DNA of 64,000 nucleotides from positions 2,493 through 66,492 of the forward strand of contig CAYRSF010000040.1 of the NCBI GenBank assembly GCA_964427035.1, in the 5' to 3' direction. Position numbers and translations under genes: made by a program. Positions 51,855-60,773 of the stretch are shown here, one piece after another. Position 1 is the stretch's first letter. Every line of letters begins with the position of its first letter. The notes below the pieces were generated by a model. The model had not been told where the DNA came from. It searched no databases and was given only the letters and a program-made list of their open reading frames with translations. This DNA comes from an uncultured Alistipes sp. Lineage in GTDB: Bacteria; Bacteroidota; Bacteroidia; Bacteroidales; Rikenellaceae.

Positions 51855-52850
51855 TTATTTGACCGCTTCGAAATAGCGAAGGAACTGCGTACGTTCGAGA
51901 CGCGAAGCATGCGCCGGATCGGCTGCATTCAGCCGTCCGCCGAACTCCGGTATCGTTGCGAAGTTGTGCAACTTCATCCAGCCCGCGAGATATTCGAGCG
52001 ACGAACCTATCCAGTCGTTGCCCTGACGATAGAGCGCGCTGCAAACCTCGACTGCGGAGGCACCGGCGAGAATCGCCTTGACGACCGCCGCCCCGTCATG
52101 CACGCCGCCCGATACGGCTATGTCGATATTGCGAACCGCTGCCGAAACGATGCCCGTCCAACGAAGCGGAACGGCTATATCGGTCGCCGAACTGAACACG
52201 CTGCCCGATGAATATTCCATTTTCTCGATGTCTATATCGGTCTGATAGAATCTGTTGAACAATACGACCGCATTCGCGCCGTGAGCGTACAGCCGTTCGG
52301 CAAGATTCACCGGATTCGACAGATTGGAGCCGAGTTTGACGATAATCGGAATATTGACTATTTTGCGCACGGCATCGAGGATTTCGACATGTTTGCGTTC
52401 GAAATCGCCTGCCGTATACTCTTTCGCGGTGCATATATCCATGACATTGAGTTCCAAGGCATCCGCACCGGCTTTCTCGATGAGTCCGGCGAAATCCGCC
52501 CATTCGCCCGCACTGTAACAGTTGATGCTCGCAATAATCGGAATCGTACACAGCCGCCTGCTTTCGCGAATCAGTTCGATATACTCGTGCAACATGTTGG
52601 AGCGCAGGTATCCGTGCATGTAGTCGGCGGCTTCGGCATGACCGAATTCGTCGGTCATCGAATCGGCTTGCAGCGATATGTTCTCCTCGAACAGCGATTT
52701 GAGCACTACGGCAGCCGCACCGGCATCCTCGAACGCCTTGTTGTTCTCGGCTTTCGCGGTACGACCGCAACTGCCGACTATGATCGGATTGCGCAGAGTC
52801 AATCCCGCGAATTTCGTTTTAAGATCATTCATCTCTTTCGTGTTTGACAT
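51855..52850 (-). CDS. Dihydroorotate dehydrogenase-like flavoprotein (Bacteroidota DHOD-like)
   Basis: LRNPIIVGS, VLKSLFEE, IIASINC, LFNRFYQTDID, SGGVH; start at 52850 or 52832. Confidence 0.85.
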   Translation of the reverse strand: MSNTKEMNDLKTKFAGLTLRNPIIVGSCGRTAKAENNKAFEDAGAAAVVLKSLFEENISLQADSMTDEFGHAEAADYMHGYLRSNMLHEYIELIRESRRLCTIPIIASINCYSAGEWADFAGLIEKAGADALELNVMDICTAKEYTAGDFERKHVEILDAVRKIVNIPIIVKLGSNLSNPVNLAERLYAHGANAVVLFNRFYQTDIDIEKMEYSSGSVFSSATDIAVPLRWTGIVSAAVRNIDIAVSGGVHDGAAVVKAILAGASAVEVCSALYRQGNDWIGSSLEYLAGWMKLHNFATIPEFGGRLNAADPAHASRLERTQFLRYFEAVK

Positions 52851-53071
52851 CGTATGTCGCAAATGCGGCGCGACAACGAAATATTCTTTTATTATGGCAA
52901 AGATAATACAAGCCGGGCGCAGAAACAAATAAATTCGATTCTATATTTCCCCGATTATATGCATACACCGTTCCGGTGGAGATACGAAATCATCGATTTT
53001 ATTTGCCGAATTTGCCAATATATCGTAAATTTGTCGATAATAAGAACGTGCGGACCGTTTCCGCGTGCAAT

Positions 53072-54637
53072 ATGAAATTACGACACATAATCATCGCGCT
53101 GCTGCTTTCGCTGCCGTTTCTGGTCAGGGATTATACGGTCGCGAACGAACTGAAATACATCAGCATCGCTCAGGAGGCCATCGACAACGGAACATGGTTC
53201 ACCTTCTGCAACCACGGCGAGGCATATGCCGACAAACCGCCGTTGTATCTGTGGATAGTGATGTTGTCGAAACTGCTTTTGGGCGATTTCGACATGTGGT
53301 TCATCGGGCTTTTCAGTCTGCTGCCGATGGTCGGCGTAATGGCGGTCATGAACCGCTGGATGCGAATGGAGTGCGACCATCCGAACACCTATGCGGCAGA
53401 CATGATGCTCGCCACCACGGGAATGTTCGTCGGCGCGGGAATGGTGCTGCGAATGGATATGTTGATGACATTCTTCATCGTGCTGTCGCTCTACACCTTC
53501 TTCCGGCTGTACAAAGGTGTCGCCGGGGAGCGGGAACGGTGGCTGCTGCCGATATACGTATTCATGGCTCTGTTCACCAAGGGTCCTTACGGCGTGATGA
53601 TTCCGCTGGCGTCGATAGCCGTGTTCCTCGCATGGAAACACGACCTGCGTTCGTTCGGACGCTATTTCGGCTGGCGGCAGTCAGGCATACTCGCCGTCCT
53701 GTGCGCACTGTGGTGGGGTGCGGTATATGCCGAAGGAGGCAGTGAGTATATCTCCGACCTGCTTTTCCGCCAGACGGTCGGTCGCGGCATCGATTCGTTC
53801 CATCACAAAGCCCCGATTTGGTTCTACGTCGTGCGTCTGCCCCTTGTAATGCTGCCGTGGTCGCTGCTCTATATCGCGACATTCGCCGCCGGACTGCGCA
53901 AAAAATTCGTCTGCACCGATACCGAACGGTTCTTCATCGCGACGACGGTTACGACGCTTGCAATGCTGTCGGTCGTAAGCGCGAAACTCGACATCTATCT
54001 GATACCCGTCTATCCGTTCGTCGTATATCTGTGCGCCATGTGGATGCGGCGGCTCGAAAGCGCATGGTACGTGAAATCGACCGCCGCTTTTCCCTGCATC
54101 ATATTCGCAGCCGCACTCGTCGCGGTTCCGGTCGCACTTCATCTGTGCGATTTCGGCGACATGCCGACACGGACGCTGTTCTGCATCTATGCGTCGGCTG
54201 CCGTACTGTCCGCCGGCGGAGTTTGCAGCCTGAACGAGGTTCTCCGCAACAAGGCTTCGCGCGGCACGGTAACCGCCTCGTGGTCGTTCGTCGCCACCGT
54301 CGCGCTCGCGACGACGGCGATTACGTATTTCAATCCGTATTTGGGCTACGAATGTTTGTGCGAAAAGGCGCAGACGCTCGGCATCGGCGATTATGCCCAC
54401 TACAAGATGAAATACGCGGACAACATGGACGTATTTTTGGGATGCGCACCGCGTCGCATCGAATCGGTGGAGGAACTCGAAGCGACCGACCGGCCGACGG
54501 TGCTTTTCGTGGACGACCGGCAGCCGAGACGCGATGCGGAGTTCGCGAAATGGCTCTCCGGCAAAGAGGTCGCGGCCGAATCGGGAACGCACAAAATAAT
54601 TGTAATAGGAAAACAAAAACAGGATAAAAATGAATAA
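53072..54637 (+). CDS. ArnT/PMT-family (GT-C) membrane glycosyltransferase
   Basis: NELKY, YADKPPLYLW, RMDML, TKGP, AKLDIYLIP; multi-TM. Confidence 0.85.
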   Translation: MKLRHIIIALLLSLPFLVRDYTVANELKYISIAQEAIDNGTWFTFCNHGEAYADKPPLYLWIVMLSKLLLGDFDMWFIGLFSLLPMVGVMAVMNRWMRMECDHPNTYAADMMLATTGMFVGAGMVLRMDMLMTFFIVLSLYTFFRLYKGVAGERERWLLPIYVFMALFTKGPYGVMIPLASIAVFLAWKHDLRSFGRYFGWRQSGILAVLCALWWGAVYAEGGSEYISDLLFRQTVGRGIDSFHHKAPIWFYVVRLPLVMLPWSLLYIATFAAGLRKKFVCTDTERFFIATTVTTLAMLSVVSAKLDIYLIPVYPFVVYLCAMWMRRLESAWYVKSTAAFPCIIFAAALVAVPVALHLCDFGDMPTRTLFCIYASAAVLSAGGVCSLNEVLRNKASRGTVTASWSFVATVALATTAITYFNPYLGYECLCEKAQTLGIGDYAHYKMKYADNMDVFLGCAPRRIESVEELEATDRPTVLFVDDRQPRRDAEFAKWLSGKEVAAESGTHKIIVIGKQKQDKNE

Positions 54638-55367
54638 GACCGGCAATTACGACCTGACAATCATCGTGCCCGTATACAACGAGGAGGAGAGCCTGCCGCG
54701 CGTCGAAAAGACCATGGCGGAGTATCTGTCGCACGGCACTCTGCACAGTTGCGTACTCTTCGTGAACGACGGCTCGAAGGATGCCTCGCTCGACGCCATA
54801 CGCGAAATATGTTCGCGCAACGACGACATGTTCTTCATCTCGTTCGTGCAGAACCGCGGTTTGAGCGCAGCCATAAAGGCTGGATTCGATGCGACGTTTT
54901 CGCGCTACGTCGGCTACATAGATGCCGATTTGCAGACGACGCCCGAAGATTTCGAACTGCTTATACCATATCTGAAAGATTATCAACTGTCCATGGGCAT
55001 ACGTGCGGGACGCAGGGACAGCGCATTCAAGCGGATGCAGTCGCGCATAGCCAACCGTTTCCGCCGCATGTTCACTCACGACGGAGTGGACGACACGGGA
55101 TGTCCGCTGAAAATTCTGTGGACCGACTATGCCAAACGCATTCCGATGTTCAACGGCATGCACCGATTCCTGCCGGCACTGATTCTGTTGCAGGAGGGAG
55201 GGCGCGTCCATCAGACCGCCGTCCGACACTTTCCGCGAATCGAGGGCGTATCGAAATACCATTTGTGGAACCGTCTTGCAGGACCTTTCAACGACTGTTT
55301 CGGCTATCGCTGGATGGCGAAAAGATACATCAACTACACAATCGGCGAAAGCGATATCGATAAGTAA
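54630..55367 (+). CDS. GT2 polyprenol-phosphate glycosyltransferase (ArnC/DPM1-like)
   Basis: VPVYNEEE, VNDGSKD, YIDADLQ, DTGCPLK, HRFLP. Confidence 0.9.
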   Translation: MNKTGNYDLTIIVPVYNEEESLPRVEKTMAEYLSHGTLHSCVLFVNDGSKDASLDAIREICSRNDDMFFISFVQNRGLSAAIKAGFDATFSRYVGYIDADLQTTPEDFELLIPYLKDYQLSMGIRAGRRDSAFKRMQSRIANRFRRMFTHDGVDDTGCPLKILWTDYAKRIPMFNGMHRFLPALILLQEGGRVHQTAVRHFPRIEGVSKYHLWNRLAGPFNDCFGYRWMAKRYINYTIGESDIDK

Positions 55368-56005
55368 TGGAACGTTTGGCGATAGAGGCCGTAGGTCTGC
55401 TGGCGCAGGCTCTGTTTTCGGGGCGGATGATTGTCCAGTGGGTGATGTCGGAACGGGCGCACAAGGTCGTTTCGCCGGTGATTTTCTGGCAAATGAGTAT
55501 GGCGGCATCGTTCCTGCTGTGCGTCTACGGATGGCTTGGCAGCGATTTCGTAATCATTCTCGGTCAGGCGGTCGCCTACTATATCTACATCTGGAATCTC
55601 CATGCCAAAGGCTCGTGGCGGCAGATGCACGGCGCGGTGCGGGCGATGTTTTTCGGTCTGCCGATAGTCGCCGGAGTATGGCTTTTGGTTTTCCGCCGGG
55701 ACGAAACCGTCGCACGGCTGTTCGTCGATGTCGATATTCCGATAGCGTTGTTCATCTACGGCATCATCGGGCAGGCGGTATTCTCGGTAAGGTTCATCTA
55801 TCAATGGATATATTCGAGCCGGCGGGGAGAATCCGTACTGCCGATAGGCTTCTGGATAATCAGTCTTGCCGGCTCGCTGCTGATAATCCCGTACGCCGTA
55901 ATTCGCGGCAAGTGGGCTTATCTGCTCGGGCAACTCACCGGTGCGGTCGTCTATGCCCGCAATATCATGATAGCAATCGGCGAACGCAAGGCGGCGAAAA
56001 AATAA
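55367..56005 (+). CDS. Lipid-A-disaccharide synthase N-terminal (LAB_N) tandem-domain membrane protein
   Basis: Two repeats of G..AQ..FS.R...QW..S...SP..FW. Confidence 0.82.
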   Translation: MERLAIEAVGLLAQALFSGRMIVQWVMSERAHKVVSPVIFWQMSMAASFLLCVYGWLGSDFVIILGQAVAYYIYIWNLHAKGSWRQMHGAVRAMFFGLPIVAGVWLLVFRRDETVARLFVDVDIPIALFIYGIIGQAVFSVRFIYQWIYSSRRGESVLPIGFWIISLAGSLLIIPYAVIRGKWAYLLGQLTGAVVYARNIMIAIGERKAAKK

Positions 56006-56038
56006 AGTCCTTAACGGCTTTAAGGTCATTAAGGACTT
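56002..56038. repeat. 9-bp TTAA-core repeat forming a hairpin between convergent genes
   Basis: ataaagtcc ttaacggct ttaaggtca ttaaggact; AAGTCCTTAA/TTAAGGACTT inverted repeat. Confidence 0.7.
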
Positions 56039-56056
56039 CATTCGGCGAAACCGACG

Positions 56057-56989
56057 CTATTCGGCGGAAGCCGCAGCCTCTTCCGCAACCTCTTCCGCCT
56101 TCTCTTCCTCCATCTCGGTACGCTGCAACAGCGCCCTCTTCTGACGGAATACGGCAGGCGTATCGTGGAATCGGATTTTGAACAGTTTTATGAAGTGCGA
56201 GATATTTGAAAAAGCGCACTCGGCTCCGATCTCCGATATGGTTTTGTCGGTAGACAGCAACAGCACTTTCGCGCGGTCGAGCCTTTGGGCAATGAACCAT
56301 TTGTGAGGCGGCATGGTGAACTGACGCTTGAACTCCTTTTTGAACGACGTTAGCGAACGGTTGGTCATTCGAGCCAGCGATTCGAGAGAAATATCCCTGA
56401 ATACGTTATTGTATATCACCATCGCGAACTGTCCGTTCACCGCATCGGCATTCGCCAGTATCTTGCTTTTCAGGCAGCAGTCGGCACCGTCGAGTATCAG
56501 ATATATCAATTCGTTGAGTTTGATACGCTGACTGACGTCGTTATGCCGGAACCCCTGCTGTCGGAACGACAAATTCACGCTCGCGAAGAAATCGCACAGC
56601 GCATCGGTCGCCCGCATCGAAACGAAATTCTGCGTGCGGCAATTTTCGCACGAGTGGCGGTTGGCGTAGTTCAGTCCGTAATTGGAGTTAAGCCCGAGCA
56701 GAATCTGCTGCAACGACGACGGCGAAACATAGAACGTTATCTGCTCGTACGTTCCGCCATGCGACACGATGTTTTCCTCGTAATGCAGACCTGCATCGTA
56801 AATGAATACGTCCCCTTCATTAACCTCCGAGCACTTGTCCCCATAATAGATGAATTTACGCCCCTTAATCAGAAATCCTACGGCAGCACGGGACAACATT
56901 ATCGACATGATGCCATGATTCGATGTATCGGTAAGTTTTACCACATCGGGAGTAGCGAGTTTTTCAGTGTTGTTATTACTCATAGTCAT
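56057..56989 (-). CDS. AraC-family regulator (ExsA-like N-terminal domain)
   Basis: LARMTNRSLTSFKKEF, ISEIGAECAFSNISHFIKLFK. Confidence 0.88.
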   Translation of the reverse strand: MTMSNNNTEKLATPDVVKLTDTSNHGIMSIMLSRAAVGFLIKGRKFIYYGDKCSEVNEGDVFIYDAGLHYEENIVSHGGTYEQITFYVSPSSLQQILLGLNSNYGLNYANRHSCENCRTQNFVSMRATDALCDFFASVNLSFRQQGFRHNDVSQRIKLNELIYLILDGADCCLKSKILANADAVNGQFAMVIYNNVFRDISLESLARMTNRSLTSFKKEFKRQFTMPPHKWFIAQRLDRAKVLLLSTDKTISEIGAECAFSNISHFIKLFKIRFHDTPAVFRQKRALLQRTEMEEEKAEEVAEEAAASAE

Positions 56990-57172
56990 ATCTATTAAAA
57001 AATATTCGGTCAAGCGAATGCCACAAAAAGTAAAAAATGTTCCATTTAGTTTGTTTTTATATATATTTTGTTTATTTTTGCATTAAATTTAGATTTGTAT
57101 TATACATAATCAATGCAAATATAGAATATTATTATAAATCGAGCAAATATTCAACAACATATTTTCTGATAT

Positions 57173-57652
57173 ATGGCAAATACACTCAAAAGCAGACTTA
57201 TCGAATTCATCGCATCGAAAGGCATGTCGGTACGACGATTCGAAATCGAATGCGGCTTGCCGAACGCCTATGTTTCCAACCTGCGGAACAACATCACTTC
57301 GCGGCGGCTCGAAGTCATAACGGCAAAATTTCCCGACCTCAATCTGCAATGGCTCATGACGGGCGAGGAGAGCATGTCCCGCAGCATGGTCTCCGACAGC
57401 GTCGAAGAGACGGAAGCGGACATCGAGAAACGGCTGACCGAAATGAATATGCAGATGATACGAATGATGACGGAGTTCGTCAAACAGGAGGCAATAATAA
57501 CCGACCGCTATCGCGAATGCATCGACCGTTTGCAGAGCCAATGCGACCGGCTCCAAGAACAGAACCTCAAACTTGCCGACATGCTCGAAAAGGCGATGAG
57601 CGACGAGCAGCCGAACCCGAAACGGGTGCATGGAAAAACGATAATAGGATAA
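57173..57652 (+). CDS. Phage-repressor-like HTH protein with C-terminal coiled coil
   Basis: LKSRLIEFI...FEIECGL.NAY...FPDLNLQWLMTGEESM; no S24 peptidase motif seen. Confidence 0.75.
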   Translation: MANTLKSRLIEFIASKGMSVRRFEIECGLPNAYVSNLRNNITSRRLEVITAKFPDLNLQWLMTGEESMSRSMVSDSVEETEADIEKRLTEMNMQMIRMMTEFVKQEAIITDRYRECIDRLQSQCDRLQEQNLKLADMLEKAMSDEQPNPKRVHGKTIIG

Positions 57653-57656
57653 CGAT

Positions 57657-58109
57657 ATGAAAACGCGACTGTCAATCATCGCCGCGATAATGACGGCATC
57701 CGTCATTGCGGCAACTGCGCAGACGCCTGCGCGAACCAACATCGAACATCAGCCCGACTGGGGGCCGGTCGGTTACGAACTGGCGGAGTTCTATTACATT
57801 CCCGCCCTCGACGTCTATTACGACGTCGAGGCAGCCTCGTTCCGCATCGAGGAGAACGGACGGTGGATTGCTGTCGAAACGCTGCCCGAACGTTTCGGCG
57901 AATACGATTTGTTCGCATGCTACAAGGTGGTGATGAACGGCAAAGAGCCTTGGCTCAACCACGCCAACCACACGTTCGTCTACGACGACTACCGCAACAA
58001 GAGGTTCCGTCAGCAGACGATACGGGCGAGTCGCGAACCCGACGGCAAGGACAAGGGGCGGCACAACCCCAAACGCGAACGACGACAGCGCGACCGGAAC
58101 AGACAATAA
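57657..58109 (+). CDS. Secreted hypothetical protein (QPxWGPVGY...YYYIP motif)
   Basis: Signal peptide; QPDWGPVGYELAEFYYIPALDVYYDV; basic tail. Confidence 0.7.
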   Translation: MKTRLSIIAAIMTASVIAATAQTPARTNIEHQPDWGPVGYELAEFYYIPALDVYYDVEAASFRIEENGRWIAVETLPERFGEYDLFACYKVVMNGKEPWLNHANHTFVYDDYRNKRFRQQTIRASREPDGKDKGRHNPKRERRQRDRNRQ

Positions 58110-58155
58110 AACGATGTCCGCCGATTTTTCTTTCGGCGGACATCGTTTTATTGTC
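58102..58155. terminator. Bidirectional terminator (perfect 23-bp inverted repeat)
   Basis: GACAATAAAACGATGTCCGCCGA-8nt-TCGGCGGACATCGTTTTATTGTC. Confidence 0.85.
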
Positions 58156-58167
58156 GGGCGAAACCGG

Positions 58168-59487
58168 CTATGCGACCAGCGGCTTCAACACTCCGAACAG
58201 CAGCACGGCGACCGCGAGCGTTATCACGATATTGAAACACTGCGCACAGAGGAATGCATAAAGCACATTGCGATTCTCTTTCGACACAATCTCCTTCAAT
58301 CGGGTATCCAAACCTATGCAGACGAACGCCAGCGAAAAGAAGAACGTCGAGAATGTCTTGGCGAGATCCGTTTCGTAAAGGCTTATCGCACCAGTTGCCG
58401 CATTGCCCTTATACGGCACGAACACGCCGTAGGACTGGCAGATGCTGAACACGAGCGATGCGACGACGAATCCGATTATGAATTTCGGGAACTTCTCCCA
58501 CACGATTCCGAACGACGGACGGTGCGAAGTCCCGTTTTCGCCTTTGGTCGATAGATAGAGGGCGATGAAAAATGCGACGAAACCTATCAATACATTCTGC
58601 GTGGCCTTGACTATCACCGCTGTATTCTGAACCGCATCGTTACCGTCGAAAAGCCCCGACGAAGCCGTTACTCCGCTCGTCGTATCGATGGTTCCGCCAA
58701 TCCATGCACCGATTATTTCGTTTTGAACCGCAGGCGAATCGGTAATCAGCGGAACGACGAGTTCCGCGAGGAACGGCATCAGATAAATCATCGGCACCAC
58801 GATAATCAGCACGACCGAAACGATATAGGAGAGTTTTTTGTCGTCGGTTCCTGCCACACGCGCCGCAGTGATGCATGCCGAAACTCCGCAAATCGAAACT
58901 CCGCTCGAAAGCGTCATCGCAGTACGTTCGTCCACCTTGAACCGCCGCGAAATAAAGAATGCGAAGAGCCATACGACCGTTACGACGACAATCGCCTGCA
59001 CGAGCCCCATGCTGCCCGAACGCATCACGTCGCGGAACAGAATCGTCGCGCCGAGACATACGACGCCTATTTTGATGAAAAACTCGCCCTGAATCGCCGG
59101 TTTCATCCACTCCGGAATATGCAGGCAGTTGCGGACGACAAGTCCGAGAATCACCGAGAAGAACACCGCTTCGAATCCGAACGCCTTGATGACATGAATC
59201 TTCGCAATCCATTGTGCGAGCAGCGATATGACGAACACTACGGCGAACGAAGCGAGCAATCCGCGAAGCGGTCTGCCGAGCATGCGGTTGCCTATGTATA
59301 AAATGACGAGCGCAATCAGAAACAGAACGCCGATATTCACCCAAGCCTCGCCCGTAAGCAGCGACGACGGCACCTTCGGTCCGTGGTTGGGAAGATATGC
59401 CGCGACACCGGCAAGAACGAGCAACGGAATGCTGATTACCGTTACCACCCAGTCTTCGACCAGAAATTTTTTAAGAAAATCTTTCAT
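58168..59487 (-). CDS. YeiH / putative sulfate exporter family transporter
   Basis: EFFIKIGVVCLG, GVSICGVSA, GAWIGGTIDTT, KFPKFIIGF. Confidence 0.85.
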   Translation of the reverse strand: MKDFLKKFLVEDWVVTVISIPLLVLAGVAAYLPNHGPKVPSSLLTGEAWVNIGVLFLIALVILYIGNRMLGRPLRGLLASFAVVFVISLLAQWIAKIHVIKAFGFEAVFFSVILGLVVRNCLHIPEWMKPAIQGEFFIKIGVVCLGATILFRDVMRSGSMGLVQAIVVVTVVWLFAFFISRRFKVDERTAMTLSSGVSICGVSACITAARVAGTDDKKLSYIVSVVLIIVVPMIYLMPFLAELVVPLITDSPAVQNEIIGAWIGGTIDTTSGVTASSGLFDGNDAVQNTAVIVKATQNVLIGFVAFFIALYLSTKGENGTSHRPSFGIVWEKFPKFIIGFVVASLVFSICQSYGVFVPYKGNAATGAISLYETDLAKTFSTFFFSLAFVCIGLDTRLKEIVSKENRNVLYAFLCAQCFNIVITLAVAVLLFGVLKPLVA

Positions 59488-59507
59488 TTCAATCCGATTT
59501 TAGCGGT

Positions 59508-60638
59508 TCAGAACATTGCGGTAACCATCAGGTTCAGCGAGTTGGTATTTTTAAGTCCGTAGTTGCAATAGTGGATGAACGTATAATTCAACTGCATGCG
59601 CAAATATTTCCACGGCTGATAATTCATGCCGACGGTGTAGTTCCATTCGCGGGCGGCATCGGTGCGGTCGATGTCGAAATAGTCCACTCTGGCGAGCGCA
59701 GCCCACTTGCCGAGAAATTTGTATCCGCCGGCAAGATATGCGCCATCGGTCTTCAAATTGCCCGTATTGCCGCCGAGATACTCGCCGCGGACGAAGAAAT
59801 CCTTGCAGTCGTATGCGAGACCGCCGCCGTAACGGTGCAGTCCTATATATTTGCCCTTATCGGCAATATAGGGATTGACGTACGCGCCCTCGCCGTACTG
59901 GTAATATGCACCGATGGTAAGTTCGCGAATCGGGTTGATCATGATGCGGCCTACGAAATCCTTGCTCTTGTTATCGTCCTCTTTGTTGATTCCGTTGCCG
60001 TTGAAAACGGCGAGATTGTAGTTGATGACATTATAGCCGTTCTTTTTGACGAATCCTCCATAGAGTTGCGCGCCTATATCGCGACCCGCCGAACTGATTC
60101 CCGTAACATCTTCGTCGCCGGCACGAACCAGACGTTTCACCGCGAGCGCGTTTTCGATGAATTCGAGTTTCACCGGCGGAGCGTATTCGGTATTCTCTAT
60201 CGTAAGCGGGAGTTTGAACTCGCCGATTTGAAAGCCTATCGCATCTATCGGGCTGTAACGAATCCAGCAATCCAGAATCTTGGGCGAACCGGCGAAATCG
60301 ACTTGCAGACGATAATCCGCTTTCGCGCCCTTTCGACCCTCGAATATCGAACCGGCGAACGACACTCGGGCACGGCGGATATAGAAATCGGACGTTCCGT
60401 CGTCAGCCCAGTTGTAACCCGCCTGCACGAATCCCGAAATCCTGAAATGTTTTTTGATTTTCCTCCACGTCGCAGCGCGTTTTTCAAGTTTTGCAATCCT
60501 CGATTGCAGCGAATCGATTTGCGATGCCGATTCGTCATGCCGAGGGGTCGCCGTACTGCCGGTATTTTCACCGAAAGCACGAACGGATACGGCGGAGAAG
60601 AGCAGAATCGCCATTAAGAACAGTCTTAATTCTTTCAT
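59508..60638 (-). CDS. Outer-membrane porin (OprO/OprP-like)
   Basis: Signal peptide, short coiled coil, FYIRRAR, GRDIG, FNGNG, terminal Phe. Confidence 0.75.
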   Translation of the reverse strand: MKELRLFLMAILLFSAVSVRAFGENTGSTATPRHDESASQIDSLQSRIAKLEKRAATWRKIKKHFRISGFVQAGYNWADDGTSDFYIRRARVSFAGSIFEGRKGAKADYRLQVDFAGSPKILDCWIRYSPIDAIGFQIGEFKLPLTIENTEYAPPVKLEFIENALAVKRLVRAGDEDVTGISSAGRDIGAQLYGGFVKKNGYNVINYNLAVFNGNGINKEDDNKSKDFVGRIMINPIRELTIGAYYQYGEGAYVNPYIADKGKYIGLHRYGGGLAYDCKDFFVRGEYLGGNTGNLKTDGAYLAGGYKFLGKWAALARVDYFDIDRTDAAREWNYTVGMNYQPWKYLRMQLNYTFIHYCNYGLKNTNSLNLMVTAMF

Positions 60639-60773
60639 AAATTTCCAAATGTATAACGATGTCGCAAAATTATCGAATATAGGACAAAAAGCGTTAAGTA
60701 TTTATACCTATTTTATAAAAAGCCTCCGAAGTTTGCGCCGTCTTCGATGTTTATGTTTCACTGCTTTGCGTGA

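Noticed and set aside
51855..52850. Second true pyrD from a duplication
   Set aside because: Lacks the NxSCPN catalytic loop and fits the separate DHOD-like family
57173..58109. Prophage around the repressor-like gene
   Set aside because: No integrase, replication or structural phage genes nearby
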